From Tubulanus polymorphus (Eukaryota > Animalia > Nemertea), in contig NC_134031.1 in the NCBI RefSeq assembly GCF_964204645.1, positions 558,001 to 622,000 of the forward strand: DNA of 64,000 nt, given 5' to 3'. Below are positions 1 to 10,533 of this stretch, one piece after another (position 1 is the first letter of the stretch; each line of letters starts with the position of its first letter). Position numbers and translations under genes: made by a program. A model generated the notes under the pieces. It was given only the letters and a program-made list of their open reading frames with translations, had not been told where the DNA came from and did no database searches.

Positions 1-17
1 CGCTGTTCTCATTTCAG

Positions 18-3000
18 CTGAATGCGACCCAAATCCGTGTAAGAATGGTGGAACTTGCGTACCGAACTCTGGGTGCTCCTGTCCACCGGGATTCTCAGGG
101 GCTTTATGCGAAATCGGTAAGGAACTGGCCACGATTATATTGTTTCTCAGAAAATCAAGAATCTTATTCATCTCTTCATATATATTACAGTTGATGACCA
201 ATGCTACAGCGGATGTTCCATATTTGGAGATCCTCACTATTCCACATTCGACGGTTTATCCTTCGATTTTATGGGTTCGTGCAAGTATCAATTAGCGAAA
301 TTCGGCGGATACTCGGACGGCTCATGCGCGTTCAGTGTCAATGGCAAAAACAAGAAATGGGGTGGTTGGTCGTACATCAGTGAACTGGAATTAGTCCTAA
401 CCTCTGAACCATCAGTTACCATACAACTTACATCGAAAGGAATTTTGGTAATTACGACTAAAACCTCACAATTGAAGCGGCCATGATCCAAGATGGCCGC
501 CACCTTCCAAGATGGCCACCGCCAATCGCTTGTGATCCAAGATGGCCGCAACCTTCGTGTGTGATCCAAGATGGCCGCTGTCGAGATTTTCTCAATATTG
601 TATGAGTTGTTTATTTAGAAATGTAATTTTGTTGCAGGTGAATGGAGTGAAAATGTCAGCTGATCTGTTATCTCAAACCTATCCTGATTTCCAGGCCGGT
701 GTCGCCTCACCAGCTATGACGTATTTAAGATATGCAAAATGTAGTATAGAATTACAGTTTAGAATTTGGCGCGGAACAATACGATTGGGTGGGGCTGGTT
801 TAGATATCAATCATTACAAAGGTAATACAACGCGTCATATTGGCCGTCTATTAAAATAAATTCTCAATTGACGGCCATAATGACATGTGTGAATAATTAG
901 TAAGACGTCCGTCAATGGTCAAATAGAGCATCTCAACCTACACTTGTATCTGTGATTTAGGTAAACTAACGGGATTATGCGGTAATTGTGACGGATCTGC
1001 CGATAATGATTGGAACTCCTGCCGTGGAACACCGACTGATGCCAATACGATGAACGGTTATCTCGGCGGTGACGTCACATCAACCGTCGGCGCTGACTGT
1101 TTTATAGTCGATTCCACGTGAGTTTATTTTACCCGCAGTTCCACAGTTCCACAGTTCCTCAGTCTCTCTAACAGTATTTCCGAAGATAAGAACACAATTA
1201 CATTAAATATCTCGTCATCATCGCGTTATATTTCTATATTTGTTATATTTCAGTTGTCCAAATGCTTTTGCGACCGGAAGGAAGAGAAGGTATTTAATAC
1301 TTCCAGTAAATGTATCTAATACTGGATTTATACCAGGCAGTTTGAATTCGTTCTGATGAACTTATTTCAAAACACGCTGAACTATTTCTGTTGAGATCTG
1401 TATTTTAGGGCAGTAAAACTCATGGCAACTCCAGCCGCTGCCACCAATCAGAACGACATCTCCAAATACACTAGCGACCTCTATTGTGGACTGTTGAAGA
1501 ACACATCGGGTCCGTTCGGCGAATGTATCAAAATGATCGGTCTCGAGGCTCAGTTTAATTCGTGTCTCTCAGACGCCTATTACAACAGCGGGTCACGTGA
1601 GTGGGTATGCCGCTCGCTTCACGACGCCGAATCAGATTGCGTCACGGCGGGAATATCCGTTCAAACATGGCGTTCTGTCGATTTCTGTCGTAAGTAATAA
1701 ATAATCAGCCGTGGTCTACCATGCCGTCAGTCATATCGGGTGCCGACATCAGTCGGCTTAACGACGCAACCCGACGCCACGCGCTCGACATCAGTCAGCT
1801 AACAAGTTAGCGTCGGTCATGATGTCGCATTCCGAGATAATCTATGTCTAAAAAGTTCGTTTGATCATGGCTTAGCCCGTGGTTTGATGTGTGTTTTCTA
1901 AATAACACATAATCAAGCATAATTCAGAAATATTTTACTGTTTTTAATCGTTATTTTCATTTGTTGCGTCTCTATTTCAAACATCAGCTGTAAAGTGCCC
2001 TGCTAACAGTTCGTACGTGGATAAAATGCCCGCATGTCAACCTACATGTAAAAACCCACAAACGCAATGTAAAGGGCTTACTATTGATGGCTGTAAATGT
2101 GACGATGGATTTGTTTCAACTGGTTTGAATTGTATCGCAAAATCAGACTGCGGTAAATATCAATTTACGATTTTAGAGAAGAACTTCACTCAGGACCCAG
2201 TTCCACAGTTCCACAGTTCCACAGTTTACTTCGATTAAGATGTGAGAATACAATGAATGAACTCATATTCTAGAGTCCAAGTCAACCGACAAACTGTGAA
2301 ACTGGATCCAGACCAATTATACGGATCTTTAAAAAGATCTCTACGATTGATATTAAGTCTCTGTCATTGTTGTTGTTTTTGTAGCTGTTATAAGTAATAT
2401 CAACTGTCTAAACGGCGGGGAACCGTTTGTAAAAGACGCCGTTGCTTCGTGTCGTTGTTCAGAGTTTTTCGAAGGCGTTACATGCGAAACGGGTAATAAC
2501 TGTTTCTATAACCTGTAGAAAAAGATATTGTCCGGTATTTCAGTATAGTTGTTTTCGTAAACCACGAATATCATGTCAGATTTTAAGTATAGATGTTTCC
2601 GATATTTTTCTAATTCTCTATAGATTCATTTGTTTTTATCGATATATTCTACACAGAAATTGCGCCCTGTTCGACGAACCCGTGCACGCGTGGAGATTGT
2701 CAGAATCTTTCCGGCGGACGATACAACTGTATTTGTCCTAACGGATATTCCGGAGATAAGTGTGAAGTTGGTGAGTTTCACAATTCATAATCAACGCCGA
2801 AACAGTTTGTCTCGTGAGATTCTTGAGTCCTTTTATCTTTTTTATAAATCTAGTTGATATCTATATACAATATGAACTATCGTGGATTTCTAATCGAGAA
2901 CTAAACAAGACGAAGTCAAAGACAAAGTTATTTTCTTCTCGTGTATTTTCAGCTGATCCAGCTCTATGCCCGACTGTAATGGGATCTACTGACGGCCCCG

Positions 3001-3440
3001 ATGGTAGATTGCACCGACGGGCCTGCGTCATCCTAGTAAACAAGACTTTCCCTTGTAACACGGAAATAACACAATTGAAATATCACAGTTCCGGAAAGAC
3101 GAAGCCCGCATCCTTGAACTTTGGAGTGTTCAGAAAAATTCAGACGGGCAAATACAAGTTAATGGCGAGCAGACGATTGAATATCGGCGATACCCCGGGT
3201 TTAGTAACGATGGATTTGGGTTCCTCGGAGCGGATTGGAGTCAGGAAAGGTGACGTGTATGGGTTCTTTAATACTGGAACGGGCAAGAGTTCGCTTATAT
3301 CGTTTCAGAAAGACGTGGACGGCGGGCAACAATTCGTGTTTAGTCGTAATACACACGATATAGCTATCGGTTCAGTGGTCGATGTCGCAATGAAACCGAC
3401 AACAACAAGGAAATACAGATTCAGCGTCACTGTCGCTTGA
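18..3440 (+). CDS. 3' part of a secreted mucin/FCGBP/zonadhesin-like protein: EGF-VWD-C8-TIL-EGF-EGF plus C-terminal beta-rich domain (5' end lies outside the window)
   Basis: Phase-compatible GT-AG exons 18-116 (EGF: [13 protein letters not shown]...[11 protein letters not shown]), 191-447 (VWD start: [14 protein letters not shown]...FMGSCKYQL), 638-821, 961-1117 ([12 protein letters not shown]), 1254-1289, 1409-1689 (C8: GPFGECI...FNSCLSD...WRSVDFC), 1988-2152 (TIL: CPANSSY...CQPTC...GCKCDDGF), 2385-2492 and 2657-2770 (EGF), 2953-3440 (stop TGA). Confidence 0.88.
488..579 (+). repeat. Four irregularly spaced intronic copies of CCAAGATGGCC(G/A)C
   Basis: Direct repeats visible in the intron after the first VWD exon. 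Confidence 0.8.
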
Positions 3441-4139
3441 ATACAAACTATATTACAAAACGTTAGTTTACGACAAAATCATTATTTCAATAATCGATCG
3501 CGATTCTATTTCGCAGTTTTCACACAGTTTCAACTCTTTAATCTTTGACGACTAGATATTTCAATCGATTCCTCCATATTTGCAAATCATGTCCGAGAAT
3601 TCCTCCATAATATGACGTCATTTCAACTAAAAATAGATTCGATAGACCTTCATTACGGCTCGCAATTTGTTGGAGTAAACCGTTCGGCGCATTGATTTGG
3701 TGACGTCATTATACAATTATCGTATACTTAATAACATTTGGGGAGATTTTTGAAATCATTATTCATTAATTCATTTATTCATTTATTAATCGTTGATTAT
3801 TGCATTATAGATACATATGCCACACTCACGTGGAGAATAGATAAATGATATGCAAATAAGCAAAATGATTAAAAGTTCAACGTGAAGGACACGTTGGTTC
3901 ATGTTTGAACTCCGATCGTTGAATAATAAATTTAGCTTTTAAATTAGCACATAGTGGTTTTTCATCACATCAGCATTTGATAACATTTGATTCAGCTAAA
4001 TGAAATAAACTAAATTTCAGTAATTATATGTTTTCAGGTTTCACAGACTATATAATGGTACATTGAGTATTCACTAGATGTAACCAAATAATGAAATAAA
4101 GTCTTATCTTTAACACGAGGAACAATTTGTTGAACTCAA

Positions 4140-4865
4140 TCAATTTTTCTCAGTTTTAATTACTTGAATCAATTCAAATGAAGCCGGAAATCCTATGTCA
4201 GAACTGTTTTCACTCCAGATCGTTTCCAAACGTCGGTTCTCTTTCTTGGCCTTGTCTTCCAGTATCTCGGGACATCCTATCGTACGACTGAATCCAAGAA
4301 TAGCTTTACCTCCGGGTCGTAGATGCCTGTGTGCACCGGTCATAAACCGCTCTACCGCTTCATACCCAGCGTCGACCATACTCAAATCTAGCACCGTTAA
4401 CTTACTGACATCTTCAGCATCAGTAGGTAGATAGACGAACGGAAAATTCCAGAAAATCAAATCGAATTTTTCATCTTCGGAAATACTGTCGAATACATCG
4501 GAATATCGTACCTCTCCCGGGACGCTGTGACGCTTGAAGTTGTAGCTGGTGTTGTCCAGAGCTCGACGATTTATATCAGTAGCTAGAACATAACTGAGAT
4601 TTGTCTTATTGCGTAGATAGTGAATCACGCTGACACAACCGGTTCCGCAGCCTATCTCCAAGAACCTAGCGCCATTTTGATTTGCTTCCGGTAGATTTTT
4701 AACAAATCCCTCCATCCCTGCATCTATAAAGAAGACACCTTCGAAATTCACGAGTTTATGGTCACAAAATGTAAACTCAACTTGTCCTCCGGACTCTGCG
4801 ACAGCCTGCTGTCGTTTTGCTAAACCTTCTTTGCAATGTTCATATATTTCTAGTCTGGCTTCCAT
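4140..4865 (-). CDS. Intronless class I SAM-dependent methyltransferase, PrmC/HemK (MTS)-like, 241 aa
   Basis: ATG at 4865 (MEARLEIYEH). Motif I FLEIGCGTG, acidic motif II ATDIN, SDVF, and motif IV FDLIFWNFPF in place of NPPY, followed by HLRPGG. Confidence 0.85.
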   Translation of the reverse strand: MEARLEIYEHCKEGLAKRQQAVAESGGQVEFTFCDHKLVNFEGVFFIDAGMEGFVKNLPEANQNGARFLEIGCGTGCVSVIHYLRNKTNLSYVLATDINRRALDNTSYNFKRHSVPGEVRYSDVFDSISEDEKFDLIFWNFPFVYLPTDAEDVSKLTVLDLSMVDAGYEAVERFMTGAHRHLRPGGKAILGFSRTIGCPEILEDKAKKENRRLETIWSENSSDIGFPASFELIQVIKTEKN

Positions 4866-5131
4866 ATCGAACGAGTGGCTCTCAAACTGTCTACAGAGTT
4901 TGTATACTAATATGATATAAATACTTGTCCAACAATAAATCATTTTATGCAGATGACACAGATTTGTAATAATACGATATATTCACTCGATCTACATGTA
5001 TGTACATCCATGTATTTACTCTATCTGCTAGTAAAGACTCGTTAGAAATAATTTATAGGAAAAAAAATTGGTGCTATATTCTCTCCAAAAGAAATATATA
5101 TATATGTATATATATATGTATAGTCTACGTT

Positions 5132-6184
5132 CTATTTGGAATCGCACAAATAATCTATCAGTAAAACTCGTGTAGCTTTTTTTCTGAAAGAGTCGTTTGT
5201 CGAGCAGTAAATGAAGAAATTTACTGAAGAGTCTAAAGCACTGAGGAAAATACCAACTTTTCTCATCACCATGTCATAGCCAGGCGCGAAGGGGATAGTT
5301 GTCAAGCGGTCTATCGATGCTGGAATCTCGAATATAGCGTACACAAAGACGATCATAACAACCATTTTTAATATCTTTATTTCAGTTGCTGCTGTGTGTT
5401 TCTGTTTATCGCTAGGAGTGACTCGGTGCGCGAGTTTTCTAAATATCAGTATTCCAAACATAGTTAAATTTAAAACAGTTAAAACACTAAAAGGCATCAG
5501 TATTGTCATATATATGAAGGTCTTGTATACGAAGTCAAGTGCATATCCATTATTATATCTAAACGGAGTTCGAGTTGTTTTGGCTCCCAAAACTCCCATT
5601 GTAAATACGCCATGGAAACAAGGGTCAGTGCTCCTTCCTGGCAGGGTTTGTGGGAAAAAGTACGGCCAGTTTAACATCGCAGCAAACAATGCGTTGAAAA
5701 CAGATAGCAAAATTATTTGTTTCTCACCCCAGAATCGTTTGAAATACAACGGACTCGCGACAACTAGAAGTCTTTCAAAACTTATAATTACTACAGATCA
5801 ATTTCTAGCAGTTTGAAATGTGAAGAATAACGGCAGTGCCCAAATGATAAATTCGTGCCCAAAATACCAATCATCGTAACGGCCCAACAGGTATTTGAAT
5901 GCATATATTTCATACAGCACAATTATTCGTAACGGATAAAGCGCAAACACTGCTAGTAGAAACAGTAAATCAAACCAGGCAAGAATTATTATAGTCTTAT
6001 AAGTGGAGCGACCGATCTTACTAAATATGACAATCGAAACTGAGTTCAGACTAATTCCTAGAAGTGTTGCTGGCAAATATCCGAATAGATAGATTCGATA
6101 GCTGAACAGATACCTCCAGCTGTACGAGTGATACACGCATGAAAAGGCGGTGGTCGTGCTAGTCGGGAGTGCTGTGGAATTCAT
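5132..6184 (-). pseudogene. Intronless rhodopsin-class GPCR (FMRFamide/sex-peptide-receptor-like group) interrupted by one in-frame TGA at 5798-5800
   Basis: ORFs 5798-6202 and 5132-5749 are in the same frame. The junction reads ARN*SVVIISFERLLVVASPL (TM3 with an ER motif). TM6 FEIPA and TM7 DSSVNFFIY are present; 350 codons before the terminal stop. Confidence 0.75.
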
Positions 6185-6456
6185 AGTCCGTAGTTCTTGC
6201 ACAAACCGTTCACGCGATTTCAGTTGGTGGTGAAGTAATGGATATATTCGCAGGACGTTAAGGCAGACGTAAGGGAAGGTAGCACATCACACAGAACTGC
6301 CTGAAGCTACAACGACATCAACTCCACGCTCTGTGGGATGTTTTAACATTTCGCCTGAAGACAAAACAATTCCCGCGATATCGATATTTTTCAGCAAGTT
6401 TTACATCCTTACAGTTTCAATACAGAAAGCGCATACATTGAGAATCTATCAAAACT

Positions 6457-7146
6457 TTATTCAAGCAGTGAAATTAACTGATTTGACAAATTACTGACTC
6501 GATCAATTCGTCTCATTCTGATCCCAGAACCAAATCGTATCTGAGTATCCCCCTCTCTGAACAGCGTTTTCACTCCAGACTTCCAAACGCCGGTTCTCTT
6601 GTCGTCCAGTATCTCGGGACATCCTACTGTACGACTAAATCCAAGAATAGCTTTACCTCCGGGTCGTAGATGCCTGTGCGCACCGGCCATAAACCGCTCT
6701 ACCGCTTCATACCCAGCGTCGACCATACTCAAATCTAGCACCGTTAACTTACTGACATCTTCAGCATCAGTAGGTAGATAGACGAACGGAAAATTCCAGA
6801 AAATCAAATCGAATTTTTCATCTTCGGAAATACTGTCGAATACATCGGAATATCGTACCTCTCCCGGGACGCTGTGACGCTTGAAGTTGTAGCTGGTGTT
6901 GTCCAGAGCTCGACGATTTATATCAGTAGCTAGAACATAACTGAGATTTGTCTTATTGCGTAGATAGTGAATCACGCTGACACAACCGGTTCCGCAGCCT
7001 ATTTCCAAGAACCTAGCACCATTTTGATTTGCTTCCGGTAGATTTTTAACAAATCCCTCCAAACCTGCATCTATAAAAAAGACACCTTGGAAATTCACGA
7101 ATTTTTGGTCATAAAATACAAACTCAACTTGTCGTCCCAACTCTTG
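6457..7146 (-). pseudogene. Second, probably truncated or frameshifted copy of the methyltransferase
   Basis: Nearly identical to 4200-4790 over ~6570-7130. A 10-bp deletion near 6600 shifts the C-terminus. The ORF has no in-frame ATG at its 5' end (it begins at TTG), and homology ends near 7146, just short of a (TA)n tract. Confidence 0.7.
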
Positions 7147-7227
7147 ACTTTTTAAGAGGAGTAACCGAGCATAGTAAATATGACAATAGAGTTCAGACCG
7201 ATTCCTATAAGTAAAGCTGGACAATAT

Positions 7228-7380
<153 letters not shown>

Positions 7381-8366
7381 CTATCAATGAATTAAACATA
7401 ACCCTTCAGCAAATTCACAAAAAACCGTTGTTAAATTTGTGGAATAAACTACAGATGTAAAATGTCAGATTTTAAGCTAATTCAACATAGTTTTATTGTC
7501 TTTATGATGTTTCTCTTCACTTCATACGAATTCACTCTTCATTTCGAATAAAACCGAAACTGAATTTTTCAACTCGTGAATTCACTTCGGTTCTATGTGT
7601 GTGTAACCCCATACACAGGGCTTATAACAGCTGTGGGAATTTTACAGACATCGCCAGTTCCAAATGATTTACGGGCCAAAAATAATCGCGCCAAAACATT
7701 TGAATAAGTCGGATAGTAAAAGCGATACATTTCACTCGTGAATTATTGCAGTATTATGCATGAAATCTGTCGCGTTTGAAATTCTTACACAGAACCTGTC
7801 ACCGTCTGTTTTTCTGTCGGTCTGCCCTGTTTCTATACTTGGCCTATATTAGGGATTTAACTGGACTCAACAGTCCATTGTGCGGGTTGAATTTAACTTT
7901 CAACTGTTGGAATTGGGATTTGATGTGGATCTGAACCCGGTTTCACATTGGTGAGAGTTTAACTTAACTCTGAACCAGTTCAACAGTTGTGTGGGTATAT
8001 AATCTGATTCTGGACCTAGTTCCATAGATGTGTGGATTTAGTTTGATTCTGGAATCCGGATCCCAAACCCTATTTCTACGTTTTAAATTTCTTTTATTGC
8101 TTTCTCTCCTAAAATGCTTCCATGGTGGACAAATTTTCCGACTTGAAATTAAAAAACTGCCGTCGAAAGTTCCTGGTAACGGTTCGGATGAGGAATCTTT
8201 CATCAAACTGTTGGGGAGAGGTTGTTCCTAGCCCGGGTGACTGAGTGAATACAGAATGGTAAACAACCAATCACCATACCTGGCTGATCACCAATCACCA
8301 CACCTGACTGGTCAATAATGGTAACCACACTGGCCAGACAAACCTACAAACTCAGCCAATCACTAG

Positions 8367-8444
8367 TGGTCTATGGTCTAGTGGTTAGAATGCTCGGCTT
8401 GCATGCTAGAGGTCGCAGGTTCGGGTCCTGCTAGGGTTAGGGTT
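8367..8444 (+). pseudogene. tRNA-Ala(TGC)-like relic or tRNA-derived SINE head
   Basis: A-box TGGTCTAGTGG, loop CTTGCAT, T-arm GCAGG-TTCGGGT-CCTGC. Acceptor and anticodon stems are mismatched. Followed by TAGGGTTAGGGTTA. Confidence 0.5.
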
Positions 8445-8919
8445 ACTGCTCGGTCAGCGTTACCTAGTGTTACGACTGAGAAAATTTTGGGCTTGTTTTT
8501 GGGCCGATGAAGTATTTTTGGTAGCAACATCCTCTATTTGCCTGGCCGAAAATTCGTATGCTGATGCGCCTGGTAGGATTAGTGAGTTGAGTCAACACAA
8601 CTGACCGATAATAATGACTTTTCTAATCGTTTTGCATTTAACGTTGGAGGTCCCAGGTTTGAACCTTTGGGTTAAGTTTATGGATGAGCTAGTCTTAGGT
8701 TTGAGCTGTAGAAGGCGTTTTATTTCTATGGTCTAGTTTTGGCACACGCACCGGCACAAATCTTGTGATATACCTTGACAATGCTGCGTATTCAAGCGGG
8801 GAGAAATTTCAAAAGTTAAAACATATGAAAAATTTGTTGTAGAATTTTGACATAAATAGAAATAATCCGAACGTAAAATACAGCTTAAAAAGTCACTAAT
8901 TCCGTGTGAAAAAGTGTAA

Positions 8920-9030
8920 AAGCGGATTGTTTTACAATCCGCTTACGATGTCATCAAACTATAAAATGGTTCGCGTTTTGGGAGTTGTTAATTGTTGTGA
9001 ATCTTCCGACAAAGCACTCAAAACTCAGGT
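8920..9030 (+). promoter_or_regulatory. Putative core promoter and non-coding first exon of peptide gene copy A
   Basis: Perfect 11-bp inverted repeat AAGCGGATTGT-ttt-ACAATCCGCTT (8920-8944), TATAAAA at 8960-8966, and donor CAG|GTAAGT at 9028/9029. An acceptor TTTCAG at 9507 lies just before the ATG. Confidence 0.6.
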
Positions 9031-9508
9031 AAGTTACACATTTTACAGTTTCAGTAACAAGTGAGGTAAGTGATGATGAATCTACGCCCAGGTTCCGGAA
9101 GATGCCGCCATTGTTTGAGCAGTTTCTTACTGTAATACGTGATGAAAACTTTCCGAGTCTCAGTTCTTGGTTTAGTTTGACATTTGAGTAGAAGTTAATT
9201 CCATGTTTTAACCATAAAATCTAAATCGAGAACTGTAGAACCGGGTCCTGCGTGCGTCTCACTTCTCAGGCTTAAAACTTCGGAAATATCCTCGCTGTCA
9301 TATTAGAATCTATTACTGTGTATGAATTGTTATATCGTATAAAGTTTCAAGTTTGATTTCGATTTGTTTTAAAATGAAAGAAAAAATAGAGCGAAAAATA
9401 TCTATATTGGCGTTAAATGAGTCCGTGACTATTGTCTGGAGCAGCGACACATCCTTACCTTATCAGAGATTTGATATTTAACTTATAAATTCATCATTTA
9501 CTTTCAGA

Positions 9509-9784
9509 ATGTACAAGACTTTGTTCATCGCCTTGGCCTTGTTTATGGTCATCGGAGCCATCGCTGCCGAAGGTATTTTATTCGTTTCATTGCGTGCGAG
9601 ATTTTCTAGTTTCATATTGTATATAATTCATAATTTTACCGATTTCTATTAATTTGCAGAGGTTGAAATCGAAGAGAGAGGACTTCCATGTTTCTGTAAC
9701 GGTAAACACGGTACCTACTGGCTGATCGGTGGACCCAGCAGCGGATGTTGCTCAAGATTGATGGGAAGATGTTGTCCTAACTAA
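9509..9784 (+). CDS. Secreted cysteine-rich peptide precursor, copy A (62 aa): MYKTLFIALALFMVIGAIAA-EEVEIEER-GLPCFCNGKHGTYWLIGGPSSGCCSRLMGRCCPN; APETx/BDS-like defensin-fold toxin or antimicrobial peptide
   Basis: Exons 9509-9572 and 9660-9784 joined by a phase-1 GT-AG intron. Hydrophobic signal peptide, acidic propeptide ending in EER, six Cys, TAA stop, and AATAAA at 9837-9842. Confidence 0.88.
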
Positions 9785-9909
9785 ACATGTTACACAGTTC
9801 GATGTTTTATTATGATGTTCATCATCAATAAGCGCGAATAAAGTTATCATCACAAAAAACACAAAAATGTTTTTCATTAGATTCTTTTTTATTCGATATT
9901 TTGGGATAC

Positions 9910-10153
9910 AGGACTCGAGGGCGACCTGTTTGAGTAGGACTCGAGGGTGACCTGTTTGACTAGGACTCGAGGGCGACCTGTTTGATTAGGACTCGAGGGC
10001 GACCTGTTTGAGTAGGACTCGAGGGTGACCTGTTTGAGTAGGTAGGACTCGAGGGTGACCTGTTTGAGTAGGTAGGACTCGAGGGTTACCTGTTTGAGTA
10101 GGTAGGACTCGAGGGTGACCTGTTTGAGCAGGACTCGAGGGTGACCTGTTTGA
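9910..10153. repeat. 26/30-bp minisatellite (GTAGGACTCGAGGGTGACCTGTTTGA, plus or minus GTAG), ~9 units
   Basis: Direct tandem repeat; it generates the spurious KQVTLESY ORF. Confidence 0.95.
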
Positions 10154-10533
10154 TTAGGGATGGGCGGAGGTTGTCGATTTGTCACCCTCATTAGTTCCCA
10201 TATACGGGCCTAGTCGTTCCCATGGTGGAAACGACCGCACAAGCGCATCCGGTGTTAATCGCAATAGAATCCGTTAGATGGCGAGTGTGTGGTCAATGTG
10301 TGAATGCAATAGAATGGTCATCATCGCGGTATCGAGGTTAACCAAATCAATAACTCCTAAAAATTCGGAAATTTTGAAAGTAATTCGATCTTTTTTCCTG
10401 CTAAAATATTTCTTTATTTAAAAAATTCACAGTTATTGAACATTTTTGAAAATGCCATCACGTCCTGTGATCTATACAGTCGACCCGGTGTACAGGGCAA
10501 TGAAAGAGAGATCGTCTGCTGATCATACTCTCA

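Larger units (their letters stand above)
8865..10153 (+). repeat. Left arm of an inverted segmental duplication (partner 25582-27108)
   Basis: The reverse complement of 25582-27108 matches through promoter, 5'UTR exon, introns, CDS, 3'UTR and minisatellite, with few SNPs and indels. Confidence 0.95.

Noticed and set aside
488-579. Clustered YY1-like sites as an enhancer
   Set aside because: The motif CAAGATGGCCGC deviates from the YY1 consensus and is more simply a short intronic tandem duplication.
5798-5800. Selenocysteine codon in the GPCR
   Set aside because: The homologous residue is Trp, not Cys, and no SECIS element was recognisable downstream.
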